Below, piece by piece: positions 23,588 through 33,014 of a DNA stretch of 49,097 nucleotides (its first letter is position 1; the number at the start of each line of letters is the position of its first letter). The stretch covers positions 1 through 49,097 of the forward strand of contig NZ_LSUQ01000018.1 in assembly GCF_001642725.1 (NCBI RefSeq), given 5' to 3'. This stretch comes from Ferroacidibacillus organovorans. Lineage in GTDB: Bacteria; Bacillota; Bacilli; Alicyclobacillales; SLC66. The notes below the pieces were generated by a model, which searched no databases, had not been told where the DNA came from, and was given only the letters and a program-made list of their open reading frames with translations. The position numbers and the translations under genes were made by a program.

Positions 23588-24772
23588 ATGTCGGGTTTAA
23601 CGCGCGTGCTGATTCTCTCGGCCACCTACGGCGAAGGTCATCAGCGTGCGTCTCTCGCCGTTCGCGATGCACTGCTTGCTAACAATCCAGCGATGGACGT
23701 TCAGATCGTCGATTACATTCAGATGGTTCACCCCATGCTGAACTCATTTGCGCGTTATTTCTACCTGAAAAGCGTCCGTTTTGTACCTGCTCTCTATGGC
23801 CTTTTCTACAAAGGGACTAGTAAAATCGCGCCTTCTTCACTGATTCAGAGAAGGCTCAATCGGCTCGGATACGAGGAGTTGGAAGCATTTCTACACGCTT
23901 TCCGTCCGGACCTCGTCCTTTCGACCTTCCCAACGCCGGCGGGCGTCATGTCGCTGCTGCGCGAGCGCGGGCTGACTGCGATCCCAACGGCCACCGTCAT
24001 TACTGATCACGCGGTTCACAGCCAGTGGATTCACCGCTACACGGATCACTATTTCGTAGGGTCAGAGCACGTAAAACGCGGACTGATGCTGCGCGGCGTA
24101 CCCGCAACGCGCGTGACCGTGTCTGGAATACCGATCGGCAACGCATTTTTACAGCCTGTCGACCGCCCCGCTGTCCTTAAACGATTGGGAATGCGCGAAG
24201 GCATGCCGACATTGCTCGTCATGGGCGGCGCATACGGCGTTCTTGGGGATATCGTACAGATCTGTGACGAATTGTTTCAAAGTGAGTTTGATATGCAGGT
24301 GATTGTCGTTTGCGGCCGAAACGACAAGCTCCGCCAGAGCGTTGAAGCGCTGCGCCCAGCCGCCAAACACCCTGTGTGGGTCTTTGGTTTTACGCGAGAG
24401 GTTCATGAACTGATGGCCGTATCCGACCTGATTTTGACGAAAGCAGGCGGCTTGACCGTGAGTGAAGCGCTCGCTATGGAAGTACCGATGCTACTCTATC
24501 GCCCCATCCCAGGTCAGGAGACACAGAATGCCGCATTTCTCGTCCGTTCGCGCGTCGCAGTCCTCGCAAAGACGCGTAAACAGGTGTTTGCCCACGTCGA
24601 GCGCCTACTTGGCGGCAGTCCTGCGCGCCTTTCTCGAATGAAGGAAAACACCCGATTGATCCGCCGCGCGACAGCCGCGCAGTCGATTGCAGACGAGCTG
24701 CCAAAGATCAACAAAGCGTTGCCACCGCACGAAATGATGATTGATGAACGCTATTATGCGCAACAATCATGA
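23588..24772 (+). CDS. MGDG-synthase/UgtP(YpfP)/YkoN-family diacylglycerol glycosyltransferase (GT28)
   Basis: GEGHQRAS, TVITDHAVHSQW, TKAGGLTVSEALA, PIPGQE; ATG 23588 after AGGAGG. Confidence 0.9.
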   Translation: MSGLTRVLILSATYGEGHQRASLAVRDALLANNPAMDVQIVDYIQMVHPMLNSFARYFYLKSVRFVPALYGLFYKGTSKIAPSSLIQRRLNRLGYEELEAFLHAFRPDLVLSTFPTPAGVMSLLRERGLTAIPTATVITDHAVHSQWIHRYTDHYFVGSEHVKRGLMLRGVPATRVTVSGIPIGNAFLQPVDRPAVLKRLGMREGMPTLLVMGGAYGVLGDIVQICDELFQSEFDMQVIVVCGRNDKLRQSVEALRPAAKHPVWVFGFTREVHELMAVSDLILTKAGGLTVSEALAMEVPMLLYRPIPGQETQNAAFLVRSRVAVLAKTRKQVFAHVERLLGGSPARLSRMKENTRLIRRATAAQSIADELPKINKALPPHEMMIDERYYAQQS

Positions 24773-25983
24773 AAAAATTTGCGATTGCCATGCCCATTCC
24801 GCGCCTGGGGATCCTCACTGGGCTCGCGCTCATTGAGTTTGTCCGAAACGCGCTGATGTTGACCATCCTGCCAAACTCTGCGCTTGAGGCCGTCGCGTTG
24901 GGACCTGCAGGCGTCGGTCTGGCGATCAGCGCGCACTATTTGTTCGATAATCTTTTGCGCACGCCGTCTGGCCTCTTGATCGATCATTTTGGCGCGCCTA
25001 AAACCCTGACCATCGGACTGCTTGTCGCTTCGCTTGGCATTCTGCTCATCGCTACCGCACAAACAGCTCCACTCTTTGTCGCAGGAGCCGCTTTATTTGG
25101 TGCTGGCGCCGCCCCCCTCTGGCCATCTGTCGTCGGGGCAGTGACCGCGAACGCCGTTCCAAACGGAAAGGCGGTGGCCATGGGCAAAATTTATATCGCT
25201 TGGTTGATCGGCGGTGGCGCGGGTCCTGTCGTGGTCAATTTACTCTATGCGACGTCTTACCCCATCATCTTTACCCTGCTTGAGTCACTCGTTTTGATTG
25301 CCGGTTTTTTTATGCTTTTATTTCACCAGCAGTTTCCAAAACCGCACACAACAAACGAAGCATCATTTGTGAGTGCGCGTAGATATTTTGGCGAGATCAT
25401 CGTACACTTAAAGGACATACGCGCGTTGTTTCCCATCATGTTTATGCAGACCTTTGCCATGGGGTTGCTCATCCCCGTGCTTTCCCCCTATTTGCGCACC
25501 GTTCTTCAGATCGGACCGCAACTCCAGAGCGTGGGAATTATCATCGTGGGCGGTGTTACGGCAGCTTCACTGCCGATGGCAGGACACCTGATCGACCGCC
25601 TTGGATTTCGCCCGTTTTTATCGGGGGGGTTTCTTTTTACAGCGCTCATGTTGGCCCTGTTTCTCATTCAACGCGAATTTCTTCCGGCGCTGCTTTGCAT
25701 GGCTTTTGTCGGGGTGTCTTATGCGGCGATTCTCCCCGCATGGAACACCATCCTTGATCGAGCCGTCGATGAGCGAAAACGCGGTGTCATGTGGGGGCTT
25801 TTCATGACGGTGGAGGGACTGGGAACGGCGAGCGGACCACTGGTCAGCGGGCAGCTTTGGAGTCAGAGCGGGATTCAGGCACCTTTTATCCTCAGTGTGT
25901 TTGTCGTCGGCCTTATGGGGGTACTCTATCTCTTTCTGCGCGTACCCGCACTTGCAGAGCGCAAGATCTCTCCGAAAACCTGA
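24769..25983 (+). CDS. ltaA: LtaA-like MFS glycolipid flippase
   Basis: 12-TM MFS. Motifs EFVR, HYLFD, APLW, MGKIYIAWL, ILPAWNT, WGLF resemble S. aureus LtaA as recalled (EFAR, HFIAD, SPIW, MGYVYFSWL, LLPAWNT, WGVF). ATGA overlap with the glycosyltransferase. Confidence 0.75.
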   Translation: MKKFAIAMPIPRLGILTGLALIEFVRNALMLTILPNSALEAVALGPAGVGLAISAHYLFDNLLRTPSGLLIDHFGAPKTLTIGLLVASLGILLIATAQTAPLFVAGAALFGAGAAPLWPSVVGAVTANAVPNGKAVAMGKIYIAWLIGGGAGPVVVNLLYATSYPIIFTLLESLVLIAGFFMLLFHQQFPKPHTTNEASFVSARRYFGEIIVHLKDIRALFPIMFMQTFAMGLLIPVLSPYLRTVLQIGPQLQSVGIIIVGGVTAASLPMAGHLIDRLGFRPFLSGGFLFTALMLALFLIQREFLPALLCMAFVGVSYAAILPAWNTILDRAVDERKRGVMWGLFMTVEGLGTASGPLVSGQLWSQSGIQAPFILSVFVVGLMGVLYLFLRVPALAERKISPKT

Positions 25984-26039
25984 GCAACGCTTCGCAACAC
26001 AATAGATGTCATTGGTTTTTTGGAATGAGGTGTACTTTT

Positions 26040-27395
26040 TTGCACGACGTTTATCTTGCCATCGCAATTTTTCTGGCACTTTGGGTACTCTATGCCCCTT
26101 TGGCAGAACTGCTCTTTCACGTTTTACATATCACGTCCATCCATCGCGGCGATGAATTAAAGCGTGACGTGACGCTCACGTTTGACGATGGACCCGATCC
26201 CGAATACACGCCGCAGATGCTCGATCTACTCGACGCGCACCGCGTGCGAGCCGTGTTTTTTCTAATCGGGGAAAAGGCGACGCGCTATCCAGAATTGGTG
26301 AGAGAAATTCTGAGGCGCGGCCATCTTGTCGGGAGTCACACCGCCCATCACCGAAATGCTTGGTTTCTTACCCCGTGGCAAACATTTCGCGAGGTTCGCA
26401 TGGCGGCGGCCATGATTGAACGCGTTACCCATGAGCCTGTCGTGTGGTTTCGACCCCCGTGGGGAAGGTTCAATCTATTCCTTCCGCTCGCCCTGCGCTC
26501 TTCGGGTCAGACTCCCGTGCTGTGGTCGATCGCTGGGCGCGACTGGCTCAAAGGATTGCAAATTTCCGCCATTGCGGAGCGCATTGCCAAGCGATTTCAC
26601 AACGGCGCCGTCATTTTGCTACACGATAGCGGAGGCGCCCCTGGCGCGCCCGCGAATACCCTGCGCGCCTTAGAACAGATTCTCCCTGTCTACCGGGAGA
26701 TGGGTTTTCAATTTACAGCTGACCCTGTCTTGTACGCGATGAAAGCAAAGGCAAAGAGGAATGGATCCTTTCCGCGCGTCTCACAACGTCTCATCCATCC
26801 TCTCTGGAGAGTCTGGGAAAAGCTTTTTGACCGCCTATACAGCGTATATCCAATGTCCCGCATGTTTCGCCTGAGCCTGGTTTCATGGCGGTTGGGACCG
26901 CGGCCAGAAGCCGGCTTGATCGATGGTGTCAAGGTTGTTGAAATTCATCTGCAGAATTTAGCCGTCCAAGAACTACAACGCGTAAAGCCCGTCGAGCGCA
27001 TGGCGATACGCGGCCTGCGTGAGGTGCGCGATAGCTTGCATGATGTTGCGCTCGCCCTGCTTTACGATAAACGATTCCAGGAGGGCCAGGCCATTTTCGG
27101 CATGACGATGATTCATCGCGGAATGGAGAATTTAGGCTTTCATGTGGAGGACATTCCAGATACGTTGCTCAACCGCTGGATTAAATTTTTGCTCTCACTC
27201 ATCATGTCGCTCTATCATCCAGAAGGACGCAAGCGGTTCACACACGGCCTTGAAGCGATGCACCCGCGCCTTATGTGGATGTCACGTGAAGAATTGATCA
27301 CGCGCTATGGCCCAGGCGCTGCCAAATCACTTCGCGCCACGCAGCAGGCGATGGCTGAAGTCGCCACCTCGCAACCGCCCGACATGGAACCGTAG
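26040..27395 (+). CDS. Membrane-anchored CE4 polysaccharide deacetylase fused to a YkoP-like C-terminal domain
   Basis: N-terminal TM; CE4 motifs TFDDGP, HTAHH, FRPPWG, LLHD; C-terminal EIHLQN...AIFGMTMIHRGMENLGF resembles YkoP. TTG 26040 after GAGGTG. Confidence 0.85.
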   Translation: MHDVYLAIAIFLALWVLYAPLAELLFHVLHITSIHRGDELKRDVTLTFDDGPDPEYTPQMLDLLDAHRVRAVFFLIGEKATRYPELVREILRRGHLVGSHTAHHRNAWFLTPWQTFREVRMAAAMIERVTHEPVVWFRPPWGRFNLFLPLALRSSGQTPVLWSIAGRDWLKGLQISAIAERIAKRFHNGAVILLHDSGGAPGAPANTLRALEQILPVYREMGFQFTADPVLYAMKAKAKRNGSFPRVSQRLIHPLWRVWEKLFDRLYSVYPMSRMFRLSLVSWRLGPRPEAGLIDGVKVVEIHLQNLAVQELQRVKPVERMAIRGLREVRDSLHDVALALLYDKRFQEGQAIFGMTMIHRGMENLGFHVEDIPDTLLNRWIKFLLSLIMSLYHPEGRKRFTHGLEAMHPRLMWMSREELITRYGPGAAKSLRATQQAMAEVATSQPPDMEP

Positions 27396-27432
27396 AATGA
27401 ATGTCTGACATATCCTCCACACGATGTACAGC

Positions 27433-27478
27433 AGATAAAGGGGCAGCCTCCATATTTATAGAGACTGCCCCTTTATCT
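27433..27478. terminator. Bidirectional intrinsic terminator between the deacetylase gene and glyA
   Basis: 18-bp inverted repeat AGATAAAGGGGCAGCCTC/GAGACTGCCCCTTTATCT (one mismatch) between convergent stops. Confidence 0.85.
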
Positions 27479-27496
27479 AGTTCATTTGCTTATCAA

Positions 27497-28747
27497 TCAC
27501 ACTAAGTACGTAAATGTATCGTACAGTGGAAAGCGCTTTGTGAGTTCGCGAACCTTCTGCATCGCTTGATTTCGCGCCGTCTGATCATCCTGTTGAAGCG
27601 TGAGCGAGAAGATCTCTGCGATCTCTTCCATCGCCTTCTCATCCATCCCCCGTGTCGTCACGGCCGGCGTACCGATACGCACACCACTCGTGATTCCGGG
27701 TTTTTGCGGATCAAACGGAATCGCGTTCTTATTCGTCGTCACGCCAATCTCGTCGAGGCGATGCTCCGCCTCTTTTCCCGTCAAGTTTACAGAGCGCACA
27801 TCGATCAATAAGAGGTGATTGTCCGTTCCTCCTGAGACGAGGTTGAATCCGCGTGTCGTGAGTGCTTGCGCAAGCGCCGTCGCGTTTTTCACGATCTGCT
27901 TAGAATACGCATGGAACTCAGGGCGTAGCGCCTCGCCAAACGCGACCGCTTTTGCCCCGATGATATGCATGAGTGGACCACCCTGAATTCCGGGGAAAAG
28001 TGCCTTGTCGAGCGCTTTAGCGTACGCCTCGCGCGCAAGAATCAGACCACCGCGCGGTCCGCGCAGCGTCTTATGCGTCGTGGTTGTCACGACATCCGCG
28101 TAGGGCACCGGGCTTGGATGCACGCCACTGGCAACCAGTCCTGCAATATGCGCCATATCCACCATCAGCAGAGCGCCCACGCTGTCGGCGATTTCGCGCA
28201 AACGCGGGAAATCAATCACGCGCGGATACGCGCTCGCTCCCGCCACGATCATCTTTGGACGATGCTCTTCCGCCAACGCCGCAATCTCGTCATACTTGAT
28301 CCGATGCGTCACTTCATCCACACCGTACGGAATAAAGTGATAGAGTTGCCCAGAGAAATTCACCGGGCTGCCATGCGTGAGGTGGCCGCCATGTGCGAGG
28401 TTCATGCCGATGACTTTGTCACCCGGTTTTAAAAGCGCCTGATAAACCGCCATGTTCGCCTGTGCCCCGGAGTGCGGCTGAACGTTGACATACTCAGCGC
28501 CAAACAGTTGTTTTGCGCGCTCGATCGCGATCAACTCGACCGTGTCAACATGCTCACATCCACCATAATAGCGTCGGCCAGGATAGCCTTCTGCATATTT
28601 GTTGGTAAGGACAGAGCCCGCCGCGTCCATGACTGCCTTACTCACAAAATTTTCCGATGCGATCAATTCAATTTTAGAATTTTGGCGAATTCGCTCTGCC
28701 TCATACGCTTTTGCTATTTCAGGATCCATCACATAAAGGTGTGTCAA
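27497..28747 (-). CDS. glyA: Serine hydroxymethyltransferase
   Basis: [36 protein letters not shown] (PLP Lys). Confidence 0.99.
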   Translation of the reverse strand: MTHLYVMDPEIAKAYEAERIRQNSKIELIASENFVSKAVMDAAGSVLTNKYAEGYPGRRYYGGCEHVDTVELIAIERAKQLFGAEYVNVQPHSGAQANMAVYQALLKPGDKVIGMNLAHGGHLTHGSPVNFSGQLYHFIPYGVDEVTHRIKYDEIAALAEEHRPKMIVAGASAYPRVIDFPRLREIADSVGALLMVDMAHIAGLVASGVHPSPVPYADVVTTTTHKTLRGPRGGLILAREAYAKALDKALFPGIQGGPLMHIIGAKAVAFGEALRPEFHAYSKQIVKNATALAQALTTRGFNLVSGGTDNHLLLIDVRSVNLTGKEAEHRLDEIGVTTNKNAIPFDPQKPGITSGVRIGTPAVTTRGMDEKAMEEIAEIFSLTLQQDDQTARNQAMQKVRELTKRFPLYDTFTYLV

Positions 28748-28761
28748 TAAAAACCCTCCGT

Positions 28762-29307
28762 TTAAAGTCGAGTATACATCGCACGCGCGCCACCGATCAG
28801 TCGTGGACGTGTACGCGCTGCCGTAACATGCGCATATCCAATCTCTTTCAGTGAAAGGCGTATGGGGACGGCAACCGGACGCAGATGCATGCCGATCAGC
28901 GTGTCGCCGATGTCGATCCCCGCGTGCGCGCGCACCGCTTCGACCAGCACACTGTCTGGCAAACGACGATACATTTCTGCGGCGACTGCACCACCTGCGT
29001 GGCGTACAGGGACGGCGCTTACTTCTTCCAAACGTTCAATTTCAAGCGTTTTTCGCGTCACGACAAGCGCGCGATTGAGATGTTCACAGCACTGCACCGC
29101 GAGTTCGAAGCCAAACTCGGACTGCACCTCGAAAAATGCATCCACGAGTTGCGCCGCAATTTCATCAGAACCAGCCGTGCCGATGGTATGCCCGCCGACT
29201 TCGCTGCTGCTAGCGCCGATCACCAAAAGCTTACCTGACGTGAGGTCGGCGTGCTCTGCCAATTCTTTAAGCGCGCGACAGGTGGCCTCATAGAACGTAT
29301 CGCTCAT
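28762..29307 (-). CDS. ywlG: TIGR01440/UPF0340 family protein
   Basis: [43 protein letters not shown]; synteny. Confidence 0.93.
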   Translation of the reverse strand: MSDTFYEATCRALKELAEHADLTSGKLLVIGASSSEVGGHTIGTAGSDEIAAQLVDAFFEVQSEFGFELAVQCCEHLNRALVVTRKTLEIERLEEVSAVPVRHAGGAVAAEMYRRLPDSVLVEAVRAHAGIDIGDTLIGMHLRPVAVPIRLSLKEIGYAHVTAARTRPRLIGGARAMYTRL

Positions 29308-29765
29308 GCCTGATGCGTCCCGGCAGCGTACGTTTCTTCAAGGTCGTGAATCTTCTCCAGTCGCCGCGCGTGACGTCCGCCTTCATACGGTGTCAAAAGC
29401 CAAACCTTTGCAATCTCGATCGCCTGTTGTTCCGAGATGACTCGTCCCCCCATCGTCAAGATGTTGCTGTCATTGTGCGCGCGCGTCGCTTCCGCTGAGA
29501 AGAGATCGTGCACCGTGGCCGCGCGAATGCCCGGTACCTTATTCGCCGCAATACACATGCCAATGCCTGTACCGCAAAGCAGAATGCCGCGCTCAAACTC
29601 ACCCGCCGCGACCCGCTCTGCCACCGACTTGGCATAATCTGGATAATCGACGGACGCTTCTGAATCGCACCCAAAATCCGTGATGGAAACGCGCTCAGAA
29701 AGCGCCTCTTTGAGCGCTTCTTTAAGCGCGAAGCCGCCGTGATCCGACGCAATCGCAACGTTCAT
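29304..29765 (-). CDS. rpiB: Ribose-5-phosphate isomerase B
   Basis: ASDHGG, VDYPD, CGTGIGM, RAHNDSN, GGRHARR. Confidence 0.96.
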   Translation of the reverse strand: MNVAIASDHGGFALKEALKEALSERVSITDFGCDSEASVDYPDYAKSVAERVAAGEFERGILLCGTGIGMCIAANKVPGIRAATVHDLFSAEATRAHNDSNILTMGGRVISEQQAIEIAKVWLLTPYEGGRHARRLEKIHDLEETYAAGTHQA

Positions 29766-29804
29766 GGAAACCCCTCTTTCACTATTTATATTGTAGATGA
29801 CCTG

Positions 29805-30302
29805 TCACTCCTTGCCAAGCTGACGCGCGATGCGCTCTGCGATCTCTTCACAAAGCGTCTCCAGTTCCGCCGCTACCTTTTCGTAGGCAGCCGAGGATGT
29901 GCCAAATGGATCTGCGATATCAAGCGCTTCTTCTTCATCAACCGGACGATCAAGCATCACGTACTCCCGCAGGGTGTACACCTTGTCAAGCGTCTCTGGC
30001 GCATCCGCAAGGAGTGCCAGCTTATGCTGCCTCGTCATCACAAGAATCAAGTCAACGAGCGATAAATCTCGGTGTTCTACCGGCTTTGAGCGATGGCGCT
30101 TCGCCGCCGCTTCCAATCCGCGTTTATCGAGTGATTGCTTTGCGCCATCTGAGATGGGCTGGCCACGCGCGGCAGAGATGCCAGCTGAATCGACGACCAC
30201 TTGCTCTGCCAAACCTTTGCGGCGAAACGCCTCTTCAAGAAGAATCGATGCCAAAGGTGAGCGACACGTGTTCCCTGTGCAAACGACCAAGATGCGATAC
30301 AT
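29805..30302 (-). CDS. ywlE: Low-molecular-weight protein-arginine phosphatase
   Basis: VCTGNTCRSP P-loop, DIADPFG; synteny between ywlD and rpiB; ATG 30302 after AGGAG. Confidence 0.9.
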   Translation of the reverse strand: MYRILVVCTGNTCRSPLASILLEEAFRRKGLAEQVVVDSAGISAARGQPISDGAKQSLDKRGLEAAAKRHRSKPVEHRDLSLVDLILVMTRQHKLALLADAPETLDKVYTLREYVMLDRPVDEEEALDIADPFGTSSAAYEKVAAELETLCEEIAERIARQLGKE

Positions 30303-30336
30303 CCGCACATCTCCTATCCCTATTCTCTATCTATTT

Positions 30337-30897
30337 TTAGAAGAATATTTTTAGGCCGAGCGCCACAAGCACGGCTCCACCCGCCAATTGACCATATTCT
30401 CCAAGCGCCTGATTCACCTTGCGCCCGATATAGATTCCAGCGAGTGAGAGCGTCCCGCTGAGCAGCCCGAACGCGAGGGACGACAAGAGTGGACTTACTC
30501 CTAGTGTACCCAAGGAGAACCCGACAGACAATGCATCCATGCTCACGCCCAATGCAAAAAGAGACAATTGGAAAAGATTTGCCTGCAACGGTGGAAACTC
30601 ATCGTCTGCTTTTCGCCGGAGCGACTCTAGCGCCATCTTTGATCCGAGCAGCATCAAGATCAGTGCGGCGATACGCTGGAAGAGCGCGCCAAAGATACCG
30701 TGTAGCATCTTGCCAATCCAGATGCCTGTGAGTGGGAGTATGACATGCAGCATGCTGATCACCAGAGCGAGTCGCACGACATCGCGCCAGCGCATCCCTT
30801 GTGCACCGAGTCCGACGCCGAGTGAGAATGCGTCCATGCTGAGCGCGATGCCGATAATGATGACCGTAAGAAAGCCAGCTGGTTGAATGCCAATCAC
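30337..30897 (-). CDS. mntP: MntP/YwlD-family manganese efflux membrane protein
   Basis: Two xSMDAx motifs (ALSMDAFS, GVSMDALSVG); six TM segments; synteny. Confidence 0.9.
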   Translation of the reverse strand: MIGIQPAGFLTVIIIGIALSMDAFSLGVGLGAQGMRWRDVVRLALVISMLHVILPLTGIWIGKMLHGIFGALFQRIAALILMLLGSKMALESLRRKADDEFPPLQANLFQLSLFALGVSMDALSVGFSLGTLGVSPLLSSLAFGLLSGTLSLAGIYIGRKVNQALGEYGQLAGGAVLVALGLKIFF

Positions 30898-30946
30898 GCG
30901 ATGTCCACCCTTCGCACACGACTCGCCACGTTACTTTGCACGTGAA

Positions 30947-30975
30947 AGTATATGCGACGGGACGTGCAATCATGA
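30947..30975 (-). promoter_or_regulatory. Candidate sigma-E (mother cell) promoter upstream of mntP
   Basis: TCATGAT-N14-CATATACT, close to the sigma-E consensus with correct spacing. Confidence 0.5.
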
Positions 30976-30983
30976 GACAAGCG

Positions 30984-32087
30984 TCAACCGGGTACGTCCA
31001 GTTCCTCGACATGTCCGCCTGCCGCTTTGATCAACCGATTCATGATACCGGATGATTTGTCACTCAGCTTCACGCCTTGGGCATAAATGCGGTCAATCGA
31101 CAGGCGATCGCACGCGCGCAGCGCATCGTAGAGATGAAACGCATACGTCTCCAGATGATCGGGGGAACCAAGCTCAACGCGATAGGTCGCGTTCGCCGCG
31201 CCTGCAGTCAGCATAAGCGCAGCAGTCCGCATCCCATGTGCTCGATCTTCCTCAATCGCATGTTCAATGCGCGCTCGCGAGGTCGCAAGGTCACTCGCAA
31301 TGAATACCTGCAATACGCCTTGCGGTGCGTAGTGACGATACTTCTGCCCAGGCGAGCGGGGCGCGGCGGGGAACTGCTCTGCGTGCGCCATCTCATCGAC
31401 GATCGTCACATCGGCAGGGAGCACGCGCGCCATTTGTCCGGCACTGATCATGCCTGGTCGCAGAATGTGAATGGTGTGATCAAGCACGCGCACAACGGTT
31501 GACTCAATCCCAATCGCGCAAGGGCCCCCGTCGAGGATTCCTGCAATCTTTCCGTCAAGATCTTCTGCAACGTGGGGCGCCCGGGTCGGACTCGGCTTCC
31601 CGCTGCGATTGGCGGAAGGCGCGGCGAGTGGTAGGTTTGCCGCACGGATTAGCGCGCGTGCCACCGCGTGGTCTGGCATGCGAACCGCAACCGTATCGAG
31701 CCCTGCGGTGACAACCGATGGAATCGCGGCGCGGGCAGGCAACACAAGCGTGAGGGGACCCGGCCAAAAGTGATCGATCAGCGTCTGCGCGAGCGCAGAC
31801 GGCGGCGGTGTTAATGTGACGAGCATCTCGTAATCTGCGATGTGAACGATTAGCGGATTGTCAGAGGGGCGACCTTTCGCCCCGAAGATTGCAGCAACCG
31901 CGTCTGAATCAAACGCATTGGCGCCAAGTCCGTACACGGTTTCTGTCGGAAAGGCGACCAGGTGTCCCGCTTTGAGCAAAGCGCCCGCGGCGCGGATCAT
32001 CTGATCGTTCTTTGCAGCGATCTCTGCGCGTTGTTGCTCTGACCCATCGGCGGTCACATACTCAAGTTTCCAATAGATCGTTTCCAC
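30984..32087 (-). CDS. sua5: Threonylcarbamoyl-AMP synthase, Sua5 type
   Basis: AFPTETVYGLGA, KGRPSDNPLIVH, APSANRSG, PGQKYRHYAP, C-terminal SUA5 domain. Confidence 0.95.
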   Translation of the reverse strand: METIYWKLEYVTADGSEQQRAEIAAKNDQMIRAAGALLKAGHLVAFPTETVYGLGANAFDSDAVAAIFGAKGRPSDNPLIVHIADYEMLVTLTPPPSALAQTLIDHFWPGPLTLVLPARAAIPSVVTAGLDTVAVRMPDHAVARALIRAANLPLAAPSANRSGKPSPTRAPHVAEDLDGKIAGILDGGPCAIGIESTVVRVLDHTIHILRPGMISAGQMARVLPADVTIVDEMAHAEQFPAAPRSPGQKYRHYAPQGVLQVFIASDLATSRARIEHAIEEDRAHGMRTAALMLTAGAANATYRVELGSPDHLETYAFHLYDALRACDRLSIDRIYAQGVKLSDKSSGIMNRLIKAAGGHVEELDVPG

Positions 32088-32188
32088 ACCGAATCACCCT
32101 GACTTCATGCCGTATTCACGTCGTGTTTGTGACGAATCATCCTTTACCGCATGACACGCGACACGGACTTCTCGCAGTTTCCGCTCGT

Positions 32189-32890
32189 TTATAGTCCTCG
32201 CGCGTTTGCCGAGAAAAGCCTTTGTACCGTCGCGATTCCTTCTTTCAGCCACAACTCCCCATAATCGACGACAGCCAGACGCAATGCGACCGTTGCCGTT
32301 TTTCCGTTCGGCTGAAGAATGTGCGTCACCGCAAGCGGTGGATAATCCGGGAAACTCTGCGTGGCGGCGACGGCGTCCCCATCCGCCAACGCGACAAAAC
32401 ACAGTGGGGGAAACAGTACACACCACCAGTTCTGCCCGGCGCCGCGTCCAAGGATGACGCGCAGCGCCATGTATGTACCTGCCGGGTAGACGCGATTCCC
32501 GTAAAGCTTTGCCGGAAAAGCAGTCGGCGTTACCGCCGTTTGCGCCGTGTACGGAAACCCTTCGCTGCGAAGTTTGGCCGTCGCAAGCGCTTCAACGGTT
32601 GGCACAGCCTGCTCAAGAACCTGCTTTGCCTCCGCGCGTGACGTCACGTGCGCCATGCGTGCACCGATCAGGTTGATGACCTCATCGCGGATTTGTTGTT
32701 TGACATTCTGATCCGCCGGGCTGTTGCTGTTTGCAATGATGCGCAAGCGCAGCGCATCACTCGGAATCACCGCTGCGTTTGGACCGACGAACGCATCCAC
32801 CGTGTTCATCGGCGCATTCTGACTCTTTGCCTGACTCATATATCCGAACGATCCCATCGCGATCAACATGAGCACAACGATCCATCTCAT
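32189..32890 (-). CDS. spoIIR: Stage II sporulation protein R
   Basis: Signal peptide, LRLRIIANSNSPADQ, YPAGTYMALRVILGRGAGQNWWCVLFPPLCF. Confidence 0.96.
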   Translation of the reverse strand: MRWIVVLMLIAMGSFGYMSQAKSQNAPMNTVDAFVGPNAAVIPSDALRLRIIANSNSPADQNVKQQIRDEVINLIGARMAHVTSRAEAKQVLEQAVPTVEALATAKLRSEGFPYTAQTAVTPTAFPAKLYGNRVYPAGTYMALRVILGRGAGQNWWCVLFPPLCFVALADGDAVAATQSFPDYPPLAVTHILQPNGKTATVALRLAVVDYGELWLKEGIATVQRLFSANARGL

Positions 32891-32926
32891 CTGTCATACC
32901 CCCGCCATCTGTCCTCTGATGGTAAG

Positions 32927-32956
32927 CAGTATGACCATTCTATGAGACTTCTAAAC
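32927..32956 (-). promoter_or_regulatory. Sigma-F promoter of spoIIR
   Basis: GTTTA-N15-GGTCATACTG matches the sigma-F consensus; spoIIR is a known sigma-F gene in B. subtilis. Confidence 0.75.
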
Positions 32957-33014
32957 GCGCGCTAGAAGATTTGCCCGGGCCTCTTAAAAGCGATCACTAC
33001 CGCACCCCGTTGCC

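Noticed and set aside
23435..26039. Longer upstream starts in the ORF track (23435, 25791; likewise 5260, 13517, 19590, 43603, 45707, 46307)
   Set aside because: The extensions lack an RBS or family similarity and often overlap neighbouring genes; downstream starts with good RBSs were chosen.
30898..30983. yybP-ykoY Mn riboswitch upstream of mntP
   Set aside because: The spacer is only 86 nt and lacks the GGGGAGUAG...GAGACC core.
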